A stretch of 63,557 nucleotides of DNA, filler included, from Dugesia japonica (lineage: Eukaryota): assembly GCA_001938525.1 (NCBI GenBank). It is 5 parts of 5 records of this genome, joined end to end, with 100 filler letters (N's around TTAATTAATTAA, not from the genome) between each part and the next. Parts side by side here need not be neighbours in the genome. Positions count along the whole stretch, not along the records: positions 1 to 9,788 come from MQRL01622514.1; positions 9,889 to 32,823 come from MQRL01587345.1; 3 more parts are not named here. One strand, written 5' to 3'. A program made the position numbers and the translations under genes. The notes below the pieces were generated by a model. That model had not been told where the DNA came from. It worked only from the letters and a program-made list of their open reading frames with translations, and searched no databases. Below, piece by piece: positions 1 through 12,719 of the stretch; position 1 is the stretch's first letter; each line of letters starts with the position of its first letter.

Positions 1-65
<65 letters not shown>
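1..65. repeat. (TAT)n microsatellite
   Basis: Perfect TAT trinucleotide run from window start. Confidence 0.97.
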
Positions 66-67
<2 letters not shown>

Positions 68-2524
68 TTGATCAGTGAACTTCTGTAGTTTCTCCCACAT
101 TTTTCAAAATTTTGTTTTACCATAATTTTATCATCAAAAGTTGTTAAACGCGATATTTAAATTTATAAGTATTAGTTTCTTATGCTTCATGTCAAATTTA
201 GACCTATTTCCTTTGTTCAATTTGTTACGCAATAAAGAAACATGTGTATTAATCCTACTAACAACGAATTACCTGACATACAATTAGAATGTATGCAAAT
301 GGGCACCAAATACGTTTGTCCTTACGAGATAAGGAAGAAAGATTGAAATATGGTAAAGGTTAGGCACTTGGTTACAAGGAACGCGTGTAAGTTTAAGAAA
401 AATTGTATTATTCATTTACAAATAGTGTTATGATTTAAAAGCTGTTGATGATATTGGGAAGGCGTGAAATATGGTTGAACTGTATATAGTTGATTATTTA
501 GGTGGGGATGGAGTAGGTTACACCTTGAACAACGATATACATTATATATAGTTTTCGGTAAAAATTTGTAAAACTAATTTTCTATTTTGACTTCATTTCT
601 ATAAATATATATACTGCAGTACCGGATTGAGATAATCGGACTACAACCCTAGGCGCCAAAATCTATTTAAAAAATTAAATAACTTAAATACAGAAGAAAA
701 GTTTGATTTGCCCTTGATACCAATTTTTTTACATATTAAACGGTATTATTAAATCAGAAAAGTTACAGCTGAAATAGCATAAATCCACAAAACACTAAAG
801 TCTTATGCATTTCTGAAAATGTTTCAAATTATAATATTAGATATTTTAACATTTTTTATAATATTTTTTAAAATTTTAGAAATTTAAGAAACTTTATGTG
901 ACTCTCGGTCAGGAATGTGTCACTTAAGTTCATAAATTAACTTTAAAAACTGGAGAACTGAATGGAGGGCTACGAAATACGAGTTTGCTCGGGTCGCCTG
1001 ACAACCTTACTGTTCCTCTATCTTTGGGCGTATAATATTTCGATAGCATAATTTGTAAATATAAGCCAGAATTAGGATGATGAATGTGAGTATGTTTTGA
1101 AAAGAGAGTTGAAATTATTGTGTGGTTGGTGATCGTTTTTCTTAAGATCTTTTATTTAAAGAATTTTTAATTGTATATGAAAATTTTTTATGACGAATGT
1201 GTATTTTGTTAAATTTTAAATTACGTTTCAAAATAATGAAGTAAAAATATTGTTTTAAGTTTCAATGAAAAATTTAAATAACCTTAAATAAATTTTAAAA
1301 AAACTTGAAAAGCGATCACCAATTAAAACATGGATTTATATTTGTTTGAATAAACAAATAGTGTTTGTTATAGTTTTGTTTGTGAATAAATTTTGCAATG
1401 GAATCGAGTTCTGATATTAATTATCAGATGAGTTCTCCAAACTTATCTAACCATGAATAAATCGACATTTAATATCATTGATAACTTTAATATAGAAGCT
1501 TATTCAGAGGCTTTCTACTATTTTGATTTTTTAAAAATAAATGAAATATCTTTACTAAATCAATGAAATTGAAAAAATTTACTTAAAACTAAAACGAATT
1601 TGTGCCGACATAAATTTCACACATTTAAAGAATTAGTGACACATACGGTCAACGCGAGTTGTTTTTTTATTAATATGGGCGAAAGTGAACTTTAAAATAT
1701 CAGAATGTAATAGATTTCCACACAAAACGTTGTCAGAAATATGAATTAAAAATTAAAATTAATTTAAAATTAAAAATTAAGTTTTATGATGATATTAACA
1801 TGTAGAGTGCCGTAATGTTTTTACTCCCATGGCCACAATATTTTTTCTTTTAATTAACTCAAAATGAAGTCAAAAAATAATATCGCATAGATTTGCATTT
1901 ACTTTTTTATGTTTAATTATGCCTTTCAATCGTGAATCATTTGGCCTAGATTCACATGCACCCATCGTGTTAATATTGGAAAATTTATTAATTTATCAAA
2001 AAATATTTTATTAAATCAGTATTTAGATATTTGGGAATAATTTAGAAATAATGTAGTTCTAATTCACATTTTGACATTTTACCATTTAATCTTGACTTTG
2101 TCAATCCATATTTAAACAAACAATAGTTAAACAAATATTCAAAAAAAAATAGAAACAGAATAATCCATTAATTTAATTAAATGAAACAGTTTTTAATCCA
2201 TCTCCGTAAGACAGACTACATTATTTTCAGTAAACTTTGTTCAGTATTAAATTGTAATTATTGTTCTTGAGTTGTTAATTTACATCAATACGGCTTCCTG
2301 AGCTATTTGTTTTCATAATTTAAATAGGTTGATTCTATCTGAAAATTTTCTTAAATGTTTGCATAGAATGTTGAAATTATTAGTATTTATTACTGATTTA
2401 CACTGAATATTATTTTCTGCAATATTACTGATTATGTTCCTGAATTATTTTATAGAGGTGACAGAAGTCTAACAAATGCACGTGGCATTACACTCATTAA
2501 ACTCATATTTAGAAAAAAGATTAA

Positions 2525-3311
2525 CCCTTTCAACGGGGTAAACGAAAAAAAAAGTTGATCTGAAAAATGCAAATTTTTCATGAAAAATAAAGTATTCTAA
2601 ATAATTCTTTTTACTTTTTTGTTGAGAATATCATGATTTAATACACAAAAAAATAGTCGTCCGGTTATATTTTGGGGGGAGGGGGCTCAAAAAAAGAAAT
2701 TTAAATATCAAAAAATTATTTTTTTCGTAAAAAATTCGATAGTGATTATACAATTATTAGTCATTATTTATGATTTTAGAATGGAGGGAAAGTCATAATA
2801 CCCACCCTTAGCTATGTTTATGACATAACAGGGCTGTCAAAAAAAGATGAAGGCGGATGAAGAGGCAAAAGAAGTTTCAAAAAAAAAATTTTTATTTAGT
2901 ATAATTATATTTATTAATAACAAAATTATATTAATTTACTAAAATATACTATAACAAACTTTTATACTCATTTACTACAATTTACTATAAATTACAATAT
3001 GATAAAATAAATAAACAAACATGTATTTTATTACAAACAAAGAAAATTTTACAGATAAATTACAGCAATATATACTTAAAATTAACATCACGTTTCACAG
3101 TGGCAATGTTTTTTATGTTTTTTTCATATCGTAAATTTCTAAGAAGGGGATTGTACAGAGTGGAGGTTTGTCCAGACAGTCTTTGCAAAAATATGACGTT
3201 TGTTTTCGCTTACAATAGCCTTTACTTTTTTTGCAATTTTTTGGTAAAATTGAGCAAACTAAACAGTTTTTTACAAGCTATGGATTATAGTCGCTTTACG
3301 CGTCCAAAGGG
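2525..3311 (-). mobile_element. Non-autonomous piggyBac deletion derivative
   Basis: TTAA on both sides (2521-2524, 3312-3315). Ends read CCCTTTcaacggggtaaa and (rev-comp) CCCTTTggacgcgtaaa. Minus strand ~3110-3240 encodes CKRKQTSYFCKDCLDKPPLCTIPF, resembling the piggyBac C-terminal Cys-rich domain. Confidence 0.85.
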
Positions 3312-3899
3312 TTAAGCACTGGTTTTTGTTCCGATAAATAAAACATAATATAGCTAACTTGAATTTTCAAATATATGTCTGCAAGCCAATTAGGAAATAC
3401 AACTAAATAATTAAGATGATAAGGTTTAATAAAAAATATCAAGTTCTTACAATAATTTAAAATAAAAATTGTTACTTTAAATTTATAATTAACTGTAGAT
3501 AAATATTCAACAATCAATAATAGTTACAGAGTTCATATTTATTTTAGTATGATTAGAAATTATTTAATTTTAAATTTAAAATAAATCTTGGAATTTAATG
3601 AAGTTTAATTCAGAAAGTAACCTAACTGACGAAGTCCCATCTTGTCATGTTGTAGCGTCAAATTAAAACGAGGTATTTTGAGAAGTTGAGTGAGATCATT
3701 GGAAAGTGTAGCGCTGAACGTTAAATGGAATAACCACGATTTATTAGTGGGATATGTGCAATGAATAGTTTCGGAATAAAATTGATAGAAGTTAACAACA
3801 TTCAAGCTGAATATCTGGGNAAAAAATCACTCCAACAATGATATAAAGAATTATGCTTTAAATGTTTCCAAAAAAAATTCAAATAACAAAACATTTAAA

Positions 3900-5060
3900 T
3901 AATATAATTACGAAATTTGGTGAAATATTTATGGCGTCTAAGTTTGACATAGAACCTACAAAGCAAGTCCTCATGAAATAAAAATATTTGGAAATCCAAT
4001 TGTTTAACATCTCCGAAGATAACCATTGAAATTGGAAAAGAAGATTGGTGAAATGATACATCATTTAATAAATATTGGGTTTATAAACAAATGCAAAAGC
4101 CTATGGAATTCGCGTTTAATTTTTGCGGGAAAAATAGATGGTTTGATAAGGATTTTTGTTGACTATTGACAACTGAATATGATCACTGGAAATTTTTCCT
4201 ATCAGTTATAGATTGCGAGTTATAAGTTATTGGATTGCTTAGTAGATGCAACATTATTTTATTCAATTGATTTTAGACCAGGTATAATTAGCAGAGAACT
4301 GAAAAAATGTAGCGTCGTTTATTACAAGAGAGGGTCAATTGGATTCCGTTCGGATTAGCGGCAGCACCGGAACCGTTTCAAAAAATGATACACCCATCCC
4401 TCACTTAACACGGAAGATAGGTTCTGCTAGATCACCGTGTTAAACGAAACCGTGTTAAGCGAGACTAACAAATATATGCTTTCCAATATGCATTTAAAGT
4501 AGATTTTTTAATGCCTGTTATTGCCAATGCGATTATATTCAGACAATCTCGAAATTTTTTTACTTTTAAAATGGACAGTTATTGTCCAGATATACTTTGA
4601 CCGTTATTCTTAGAAATTTCCACAGCTGTGCACACGTTTGCAAAGCAAGGTTTAATCGAACAAAACTGTTTTCTAAAAACCGTGTTAAGCGAGGGATGGG
4701 TGTACATAATATGTTGGCGAGGTAAATTTTTAAAGGAGATATCGTGTATCTAGATGATATATTAGTGTATGGGAAGTCGATGAAAGACTATGAAATTTTT
4801 TAGAAAAAATTGCAGTAAATATTACACAAATGGAAACAGTGGCATCAGGACAATGTGTGATGATGATTATTGATTGGTTTAGCAAAATTAATAAATATAT
4901 CAGCTGTATCAAAGATAGATGAAAAAATTATTTTTGAAAAAATTTTCAATAAATGAATATAACGTTTCTGGAAACCACAGAGCATATTAACCGACAGAAA
5001 GAGTGTTTCTTCATAAATACCCGTTAGAGAACTTAGGTAAGTTTAATAATAAACAAGAGT
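3900..5060 (+). mobile_element. Degraded Ty3/Gypsy pol remnant (RT and integrase fragments)
   Basis: Broken motifs FVDY*QLN, PFGLAAAPEPFQKMI, VYLDDILVYG (RT) and MIIDWFSK, KPQSILTD (integrase). Many stops and frameshifts; boundaries approximate. Confidence 0.8.
4391..4702. mobile_element. pogo/Tigger-like (Tc1/mariner superfamily) MITE nested in Gypsy RT
   Basis: 23-bp TIRs CACCCATCCCTCACTTAACACGG and CCGTGTTAAGCGAGGGATGGGTG with TA on both sides. An internal CCGTGTTAA repeat is present. Confidence 0.9.
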
Positions 5061-5337
5061 GAATAAATTCGTTAAATTTAAAAAAACTGGGAAAACATTT
5101 TAACTTCATCAATTAAATGAAATACGAAAATTCTTCTTTTATTATAATATTAATTAGAAAACCAAATTTATATTCATTATTAATTTCATTAAATAAATTA
5201 ATATTATTATTTTAACAAATTGATCAAATTTTATGAATGAGATTTTTATTAATTGTTTGAAGTTATTCCTGAAAAACTAGTTTCGTAAATTTATCTCTAT
5301 CATTTCCTTTTCAAATTATCATTTTCCTTGATTTCTT

Positions 5338-5723
5338 ATGCCCGTGATCCACATTAAATCGATGAATGAATTCGTATCTAAATTAGAACAAAATGGTAAA
5401 ATCATTGTCGATTTCTATGCTACTTGGTGTGGACCTTGTAATAAAATCGCTCCATTTTTTGAAAGTCTAAGTGATAATTATCCGAAAATAGCATTTTTAA
5501 AAGTCGATGTCGACTCACAAACCGTAAGTAGTATTTTGTCATTTTATTTATTTGATATCAAATTGAGGATATTGCTAATCTTTATAATATAAATTCCTTA
5601 CCGACTTTTATATTTTTCAATCTCGGATCGCAATTACATACGATTATGGGTGGAGATGCAGATCAATTAGCTAGCAATATAGCTAGATTTGATGCAGAAG
5701 ATACAGATGTAAATTTTAATTAA
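5338..5723 (+). CDS. TXN: Thioredoxin (2 exons: 5338-5523, 5568-5723; 113 aa)
   Basis: VDFYATWCGPC active site and FLKVDVD. A 44-nt intron (GTAAGT...GAG) restores the frame to DIANLYNINSLPTFIFF, containing the cis-Pro motif. Stop at 5721-5723. Confidence 0.95.
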
Positions 5724-6335
5724 TTAATTAAATTTAAAAACTAATTAATATTTTTTTATAAAGAAATTATTTTGAATTACTGATAAGATTAATTATTAAT
5801 TGAAATTTTAAAAAATATCAGAATTAATTGATAAGAACATTTTTTTTTTGTTAAATGAGTCTAAAACAGTCATCGTTGAATTTAGAAGAGTTGTCGATGC
5901 CATAAATTTTTTGTAAAAAAACAGACAACATTTAAATTAAATAAACCAAATATTTTGCATATCAACTTGTAAACTTTTTATTTATCTCTAAAAATAAATA
6001 TTTTGCAACAAAATTTTATTTCTATTCATATTTTTGTTTCATTTTCTAATTTTTAATTTATTTTTATTTTCCCAATAATTATTTTAGAATTTTTAAATAA
6101 ATCTTGAAATAAAATTTTTTATTTTTTTTCAATATATATCAAAATTATATGTAAGAAAATTATATAAAATAATTTGTATTTTATATTTTCAATATTTTTA
6201 TATTAAAATATTAAACAAATAAGTATTTTAATATGTAAAAATAGTCTCAATTGAAAATATACGTTTATCACAACCAACGATTTCTCATGAACAGACACAA
6301 CGCTGTTCTCAATACAAATTAAATTCGATTTAGCG

Positions 6336-6766
6336 TAAGGTGACCAGACGTCCCGATTTTTAACAATTTATACCACGTCTCAATTTTAGAAAGAATGCAT
6401 GACAAGCTACGGAACGGTGGGAGAACGGGAAGGGAATATATTATATTTCACCAAGATTTGAGTTTTATTTTTGTAAATTTTATAATATTAGACTTAAATT
6501 ATAAAAATAATTGTTGAGAACTGATTATCATGACCTTTTAAACAACGACAGTAATCTATCAAGAAGAATTCACTTAAATAAGAAATATGTCAAAGAATAA
6601 AAAAATATATTTTTAAATTGTATTTGTGTTGAAATAAAAAAATATATTAGAATACTATTTTTGCGTTCTTAATTTTTCTTGATCAATATAGACCAAATTT
6701 TTAATCAAGAACTCTCCCCCCGTATCCAGTGTCCTGCTTTACGAATGTTAAAATCTGGTCATCTTA
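6336..6766. mobile_element. hAT (Blackjack-like) MITE
   Basis: TIRs TAAGGTGACCAGA and TCTGGTCATCTTA. Perfect 8-bp TSD ATTTAGCG at 6328-6335 and 6767-6774. Confidence 0.92.
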
Positions 6767-7100
6767 ATTTAGCGTCATTTCATATATCGTCAGTTTAAAA
6801 ATATAATGATGACGAAATAGCGAGAGAATTAATTTATAAAAATTTATGGATAAATTTTTGTATATTGATTACATTATAATCGATATATTTATAGTTTGAA
6901 TTTACCGATGTTTAAAGTTAAATGTCATTACTTAAAAAAATTGTTTTAAAATGCCTGTCTCCTATTTCTATTGAATCATGAGTTTTATTATATTTGACGA
7001 CGAATCGAGAGGTTTTAAATAAATTTTCAGTCCTTCGTCTTTTCGGGGTGACGTTAAATCGAAGTTAACTTGTATCATTTAATCAGAATTTGAGAAACCG

Positions 7101-8114
7101 TTAGCAAGCATCAACTCTTTCTATCCAAGGTTTTACGACAGTGGAAAAAATATTTTGATACATATCCTGATTCACCCTAAGACCTTCCTCAATAGAATGT
7201 GGAGCCATAACATCATTTTCACTACTAACAACGCTAAAAACCATCAGGTATGCTGGAAATTTCGTTTTCATGACTCTGGACACATTGTTAAGACTCACAG
7301 CTAGNCATCTGTTATTTTTCGTATGTTGTGCCTGATCGTGACAAAAATATTTCTAATCTGAAAAAAATCACAACATCTTTGGCTTCAGTGGCTGTTTAAT
7401 CTTTTCCAAAAGTTTCTTGCTCTTCAACAGACGTCTCATTTTCAATTTTTTTTGTTTGAAGCTGTCCTTTCCGCATCTTNNNNNNNNNNNNNNNNNNNNN
7501 NNNNNNNNNNNNNNNNNNNNNNNNNNNNNATGACTTGTAGCCAATATCTTCTTCCATGCATAGTCTTATAGTGCTGTTGCAGGTGGCTTTCTGCTGAGAA
7601 ATCTCACGCATTGAAATGAATGGATCATAGTTAACGAGTTTCTTCACATCTTTACTGAATTTTTGGTTTCTAATTCGCTGTTCTGCGCGATCGTGAGTTT
7701 TTCTGGTACCAACCAGTTTGACGTTAAATTCTGAATCAACCAACTGCTTCCTGATTCTTTGAATTGTTCTCATAGGCAACTTCAATTTCTCACAAATATC
7801 ATTGCTGGTCATTTCGTCGAATATGGCATACACTATGACCTTTCTTTTTCATTCTTCTTGCCACTGAAATTTGTTGAAATTTTGTAATATTTCCANNNNN
7901 NNNNNNNNNNNNNNNNNNNNNNNNNNNNNNNNNNNNNNNNNNNNNNNNNNNNNNNNNNNNNNNNNNNNNNNNNNNNNNNNNNNNNNNNNNNNNNNNNNNN
8001 NNNNNNNNNNNNNNNNNNNNNNNNNTATATATATGCAGCCAATTTTGATATTATTAGATTAAAAGCTTTTGACAAACGATATGTAGCTCTTGATTGATGG
8101 GCTGGCTATCACTG
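7101..8114 (-). mobile_element. Truncated Tc1/mariner-superfamily element, maT (DD37D)-like transposase pseudogene
   Basis: HTH N-terminus (ICEKLKLPMRTIQRIRK), FFSD*K, and VMKTKFPAYLMVFSVVSSENDVMAPH...VVKPWI. Probable TIR start CAGTG at 8114 (minus). 3' end missing. Confidence 0.85.
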
Positions 8115-9788
8115 TCGTTAATAAGGTGGTTAGTTGTCAATGTAAGATTAGTAGCACTAAAACCAATAATTCACCTTTGTTATTGATTTTAAATTCCACC
8201 ATCAGTATTATTCATCTTTACAAACAATAAAATATAATTGAAATTTTTTACGGAAAATAGCACTTAAGAATTAGCCTGTTGTCGACGGATGGATTGACTT
8301 TCAGTAATGTGTAAATAATAAAAATTAACCTGTCATCAATATACTGCCATAAAATGGTTTTTAAATACATACGTTTTGATAGATTCAATATGAATATTTT
8401 TTGAAATTTCTTCTTAAGTGACGAGGAAATAATAGATAAAGTTGGAATGAAATTAGAAAAATCCATCTATTAAAGTGAGAGAATTCAACAGAGAAAAAAG
8501 AGGATCCCAAAAGTGAATTTTGGTACGAGTGGCACGACACAAGGGAAAGAAAATTTATTTTCAATATGAGACTTGATAGTGAAGATGTATTTATAACTTT
8601 GATTATTGTCAGTTTTTATTTATTAACAACAATTAAAACAAAATGCAACTATTTATGTATTAAATTATCATTAAAATTTTGTTATTTAGAACAAATCTTC
8701 AGTTACAGAACCGCCAGCTAAATCAAAGGTTTTATAAATTTATTTTATTTGAAAATTAATTATTTATTCGTTTTCAGCGTTGTTGTCTTGTAATTTGATA
8801 AATGAAAAATAAAAACATTTGTTATCAATATGTTGTAGACAAATAACAATATATATTTCGTTTTATTTATGTAGATTTAGAGGAATGAATTTACAAAGAA
8901 AAGAGAAACCTGAACATGGTTTTTATTTGCAGTCGTTACAATAATTGTTTTAATTGATCATATCAATATTAAGATAGTAAATTTGAGAGAATCAGGGTTA
9001 TGNTTTTGTTCAAACCGAATGTCGGTAATAATAAAAATGACTGCAAATTTCTTTTATAATAATTCTTTTAACCTTTTGTTGCTTGAATGTAATTTGGAAA
9101 GAGATTGTCGAATAAACAAAAATTACATGCCCCTGATGTCACAATTATAAAAACCGTCATATACACAATATTTTAATATTAAACGATTAGTCTCCACGCA
9201 TTTCTTGAAAAATATTTTTTAATACATTTTTAGGCTTTCTTATATATATAAGTATATATAAGTGAATAAAGAATGAATGAAATTGAATAACAAATTGAGA
9301 AAGATAAGATAATTAAATAAAGATTTGACATAAAATAGAAAATCCGAGATCATCCACCTCCACAAGATGAAAAATGTTTAACGATCAAAGATGAAAGAAC
9401 AAAGATAAATACAGACAGGCGAAAGGTATTTAATAAACAGAGACGAAATCTATATAAGGAATAAAAATAAATGAAGATAAATGAAGTATATTTATTGAAT
9501 AAAAATTAATCGAAGTGTGATTAAAGGCACAATCACGAATAAAGATCAATTAAAGTTATAAATGAAGGTGAAATAAATTTAATAAAGGTAACTGAAAACT
9601 GAATCGATGAAGTTTAATCCATGAACCCTAAAGATTAAAGATTGCAAATAGCTGAAGAGAGACGAATTCAAGTACTTTTATAGAAATTCAAATTTTCGAT
9701 TTTGATTTCTCATCGATGAATCATCAAAAATTAAAAACTGTTGACCTTGACGCTAAAACATTTTTTCGGCTAATCAAAACGCTTGAAA

Positions 9789-9888
9789 NNNNNNNNNNNN
9801 NNNNNNNNNNNNNNNNNNNNNNNNNNNNNNNNTTAATTAATTAANNNNNNNNNNNNNNNNNNNNNNNNNNNNNNNNNNNNNNNNNNNN
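9789..9888. other. Artificial contig linker (44N-TTAATTAATTAA-44N)
   Basis: Exactly 100 bp with a six-frame stop 12-mer; identical at four places. Confidence 0.97.
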
Positions 9889-10229
9889 CGTCGGTTCTGG
9901 TTACCAATCTTGATTTTTCTTTTCATTATTTCCTTCTTTTCAATTAATGAATCAGTTCCTTGTTCATTGTTTATTATTTTCGTTGTTTGGAGTACCGCTT
10001 CTTTACTTTGTTGGTTTTTTATTTCCTCGTTATCTCCTGTTGTAGTTCTAGTTCTTTCACGAGTTTTCTAGTCCCATTTTGGCTTTCGTCATTCTTCTCT
10101 CCAACTAGATTATGCCCTTCTTGGGTCTGATTTCTTCATTTTCCTTTCTTATGTAGATTTTTCGAATTTCGTGCTTACTTATGCCATTCTATTTGCCTTA
10201 ATCCGGTGTTTCATCCCAACACAAATATA

Positions 10230-11910
10230 ATAAAAATATCAAATTTAAAAGTAATGAAAACCAAATTATTAAAGAAATAAAGAATTTAAAATCAATCATC
10301 ATCAGTCGAACAGATAAAACAAATAAATTGGTAGCTTTACCTGAACAGACATACAAGGATTTCTTCTCTGAACATCTGNNNNNNNNNNNNNNNNNNNNNN
10401 NNNNNNNNNNNNNNNNNNNNNNNNNNNNNNNNAAATTTAATAAAGAATTGATTAAAATTGCAGGGAAATATGAAAACCGAATAAAATCGTTATTTTTAGC
10501 AGTTAAGTGTCATGAACCAGTTCCATCATCTATGTACTGTGTTCCTAAAGATCATAAAACAGCAATGAATGGAATACCTATTGTCAATGCTTCTGATAAT
10601 CCATCTACATCATTATGCAAACTTATGGCAGATTATTTGAGACCATTATTGAATTTTGTTCCAGCACATTTGNNNNNNNNNNNNNNNNNNNNNNNNNNNN
10701 NNNNNNNNNNNNNNNNNNNNNNNNNNNNNNNNNNNNNNNNNNNNNNNNNNNNNNNNNNNNNNNNNNNNNNNNNNNNNNNNNNNNNNNNNNNNNNNNNNNN
10801 NNNNNNNNNNNNNNNNNNNNNNGAACATACAGATATTCCTGAAATCACCAAAAATGATTTCAAATCTCTTATTAATTTGTGTCTATTTTCTGACAGGATT
10901 TTTTATCGGTGAACAACTTTTTAAACAAAAAAGTGGTCTGGCAATGGGTAACAATTTGTCTCCTATCTTAGCAATAATTTTTATGAACTTCATTGAAAGT
11001 AAAATTATTCTCAAAGCTGAGAAGAAGATACATCTTTGGTTNNNNNNNNNNNACGATATTTTCTTTGTTACTAATTCATCTTTAGAAAATATTTTAGAAC
11101 TAGCCAATAGTATCAATAATAACATTGAATTCCTTTTAGAGAAGTCAATCGACTTTCAGATTCCTTTTCTGGACATCTTAATCCAAAGGAAACTTGGTGT
11201 ATTATTACTTACCCAATTGTATATAAAACCATTTCACAGTGGACATATATTACNNNNNNNNNNNNNNNNNNNNNNNNNNNNNNNNNNNNNNNNNNNNNNN
11301 NNNNNNNNNNNNNNNNNNNNNNNNNNNNNNNNNNNNNNNNNNNNNNNNNNNNNNNNNNNNNNNNNNNNNNNNNNNNNNNNNNNNNNNNATTGTATATAAA
11401 CATCTATACTCAAATACAGAATGTAATAAAATCAAACAAAAGACAAATATAGTAATTAAATTGCCTTTTATTAATGAGAAATGTAGCCAAATCATGCAAA
11501 ATATAATTAAAAAGTCAAACACAATCCAAGAATTATATTTAAAAAACAAGCACCTTTGGGTATCCAATTACAGAAACCAAGACAAAATTTTGTGGTCCCA
11601 AATGCATTTGTGATGGTAGANNNNNNNNNNNNNNNNNNNNNNNNNNNNNNNNNNNNNNNNNNNNNNNNNNNNNNNNNNNNNNNNNNNNNNNNNNNNNNNN
11701 NNNNNNNNNNNNNNNNNNNNNNNNNNNNNNNNNNNNNNNNNNNNNNNNNNNNNNNNNNNNNNNNNNNNNNNNNNNNNNNNNNNNNNNNNNNNNNNNNNNN
11801 NNNNNNNNNNNNNNNNNNNNNNNNNNNNNNNNNNNNNNNNNNNNNNNNNNNNNNNNNNNNNNNNNNNNNNNAGAAGATAAACCTCAGATTAATGTAGTGT
11901 TCAACAATTA
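10230..11910 (+). mobile_element. Penelope-like retroelement (RT, linker and gapped GIY-YIG region)
   Basis: MYCVPKDHK...PIV, KQKSGLAMGNNLSPILAIIFM, W(gap)DIF, IPFLDILI, LYIKPFHSG. 11420-11620 is homologous to the GIY-YIG-bearing copy at 19430-19640. Confidence 0.9.
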
Positions 11911-12496
11911 CAATATTTGAAAAAAATATTTTTGATTAAAAAAAATTTTTATATCAATATCTATAAATAATATGTTTAAAATAAATATATTTATATAAAA
12001 AAAATATAAAAAGCGAAATAATATTAATCAAATATAATATTAATAATATTACTTAAATATATTAATTAGTTGTCCTAAGACGAATTTGAAAGAAACTTTT
12101 AAAAAATTTTAGTTCCAAAAAAATTAATTTTATAATTTTATGTAGAATTAGTTCATTTTTGAATGAATTTTAAAAAAGAAATTTATGAAAAATAACATTT
12201 ATTTAAAATAACATAAATTATATATAAAAAAACACAAAATAAAAATTTTTAAAAATTTTCAAAAAAAAATACAAAAATTTTAAATTGAAAAATTCTAAGT
12301 ATAATATATCTAAAATAGCTAAAAGACTTTTCTGTATTAATTAAAAAAAAAATTTTGAAATTTTTTGAGTTGATTTAAAAATAAAAATTAAAATCCATAA
12401 TTAGAATAAAAAAAATTAAACCAATAAAATTTCGATAAAATTTAAAGAATTGAGTAACAAAGCTCTATTGTATTGAATATATCAAGAAGCGAACAT

Positions 12497-12530
12497 GTTC
12501 CTGAAGAAGACTATTTTCGAAAATTTGAAC
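12497..12530 (+). ncRNA. Minimal type I hammerhead ribozyme motif (PLE pseudo-LTR)
   Basis: GUUC-CUGAAGA-A-GAcuauuuUC-GAA-AAUU-U-GAAC. Helix I GUUC/GAAC, conserved core, palindromic AAUU helix III. Downstream of the PLE ORF end. Confidence 0.7.
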
Positions 12531-12719
12531 CTTTTACAAATAAATTTTATTTTGATCGAAGCTTTTTCTTATTTTAATGAAATCTTAAATTTTATGTGTA
12601 ATTTTTTCACGTGTAATTTTTTCTTAGTGTAATTTCATCTCTGAAATTTTATCCTCTGTAATTTTTAACAAAGTTAATTCCATAAAGTGTATATTTTGAA
12701 CTGATAAATTGAATTTTTT

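Noticed and set aside
66-400. LINE 3' end or GIY-YIG motif next to the (TAA)n tract
   Set aside because: Only a vague VGET-like match; not enough support.
9833-9844. TTAATTAATTAA as a biological motif or piggyBac target
   Set aside because: Always centred in exactly 44+44 N, so it is an assembly linker.
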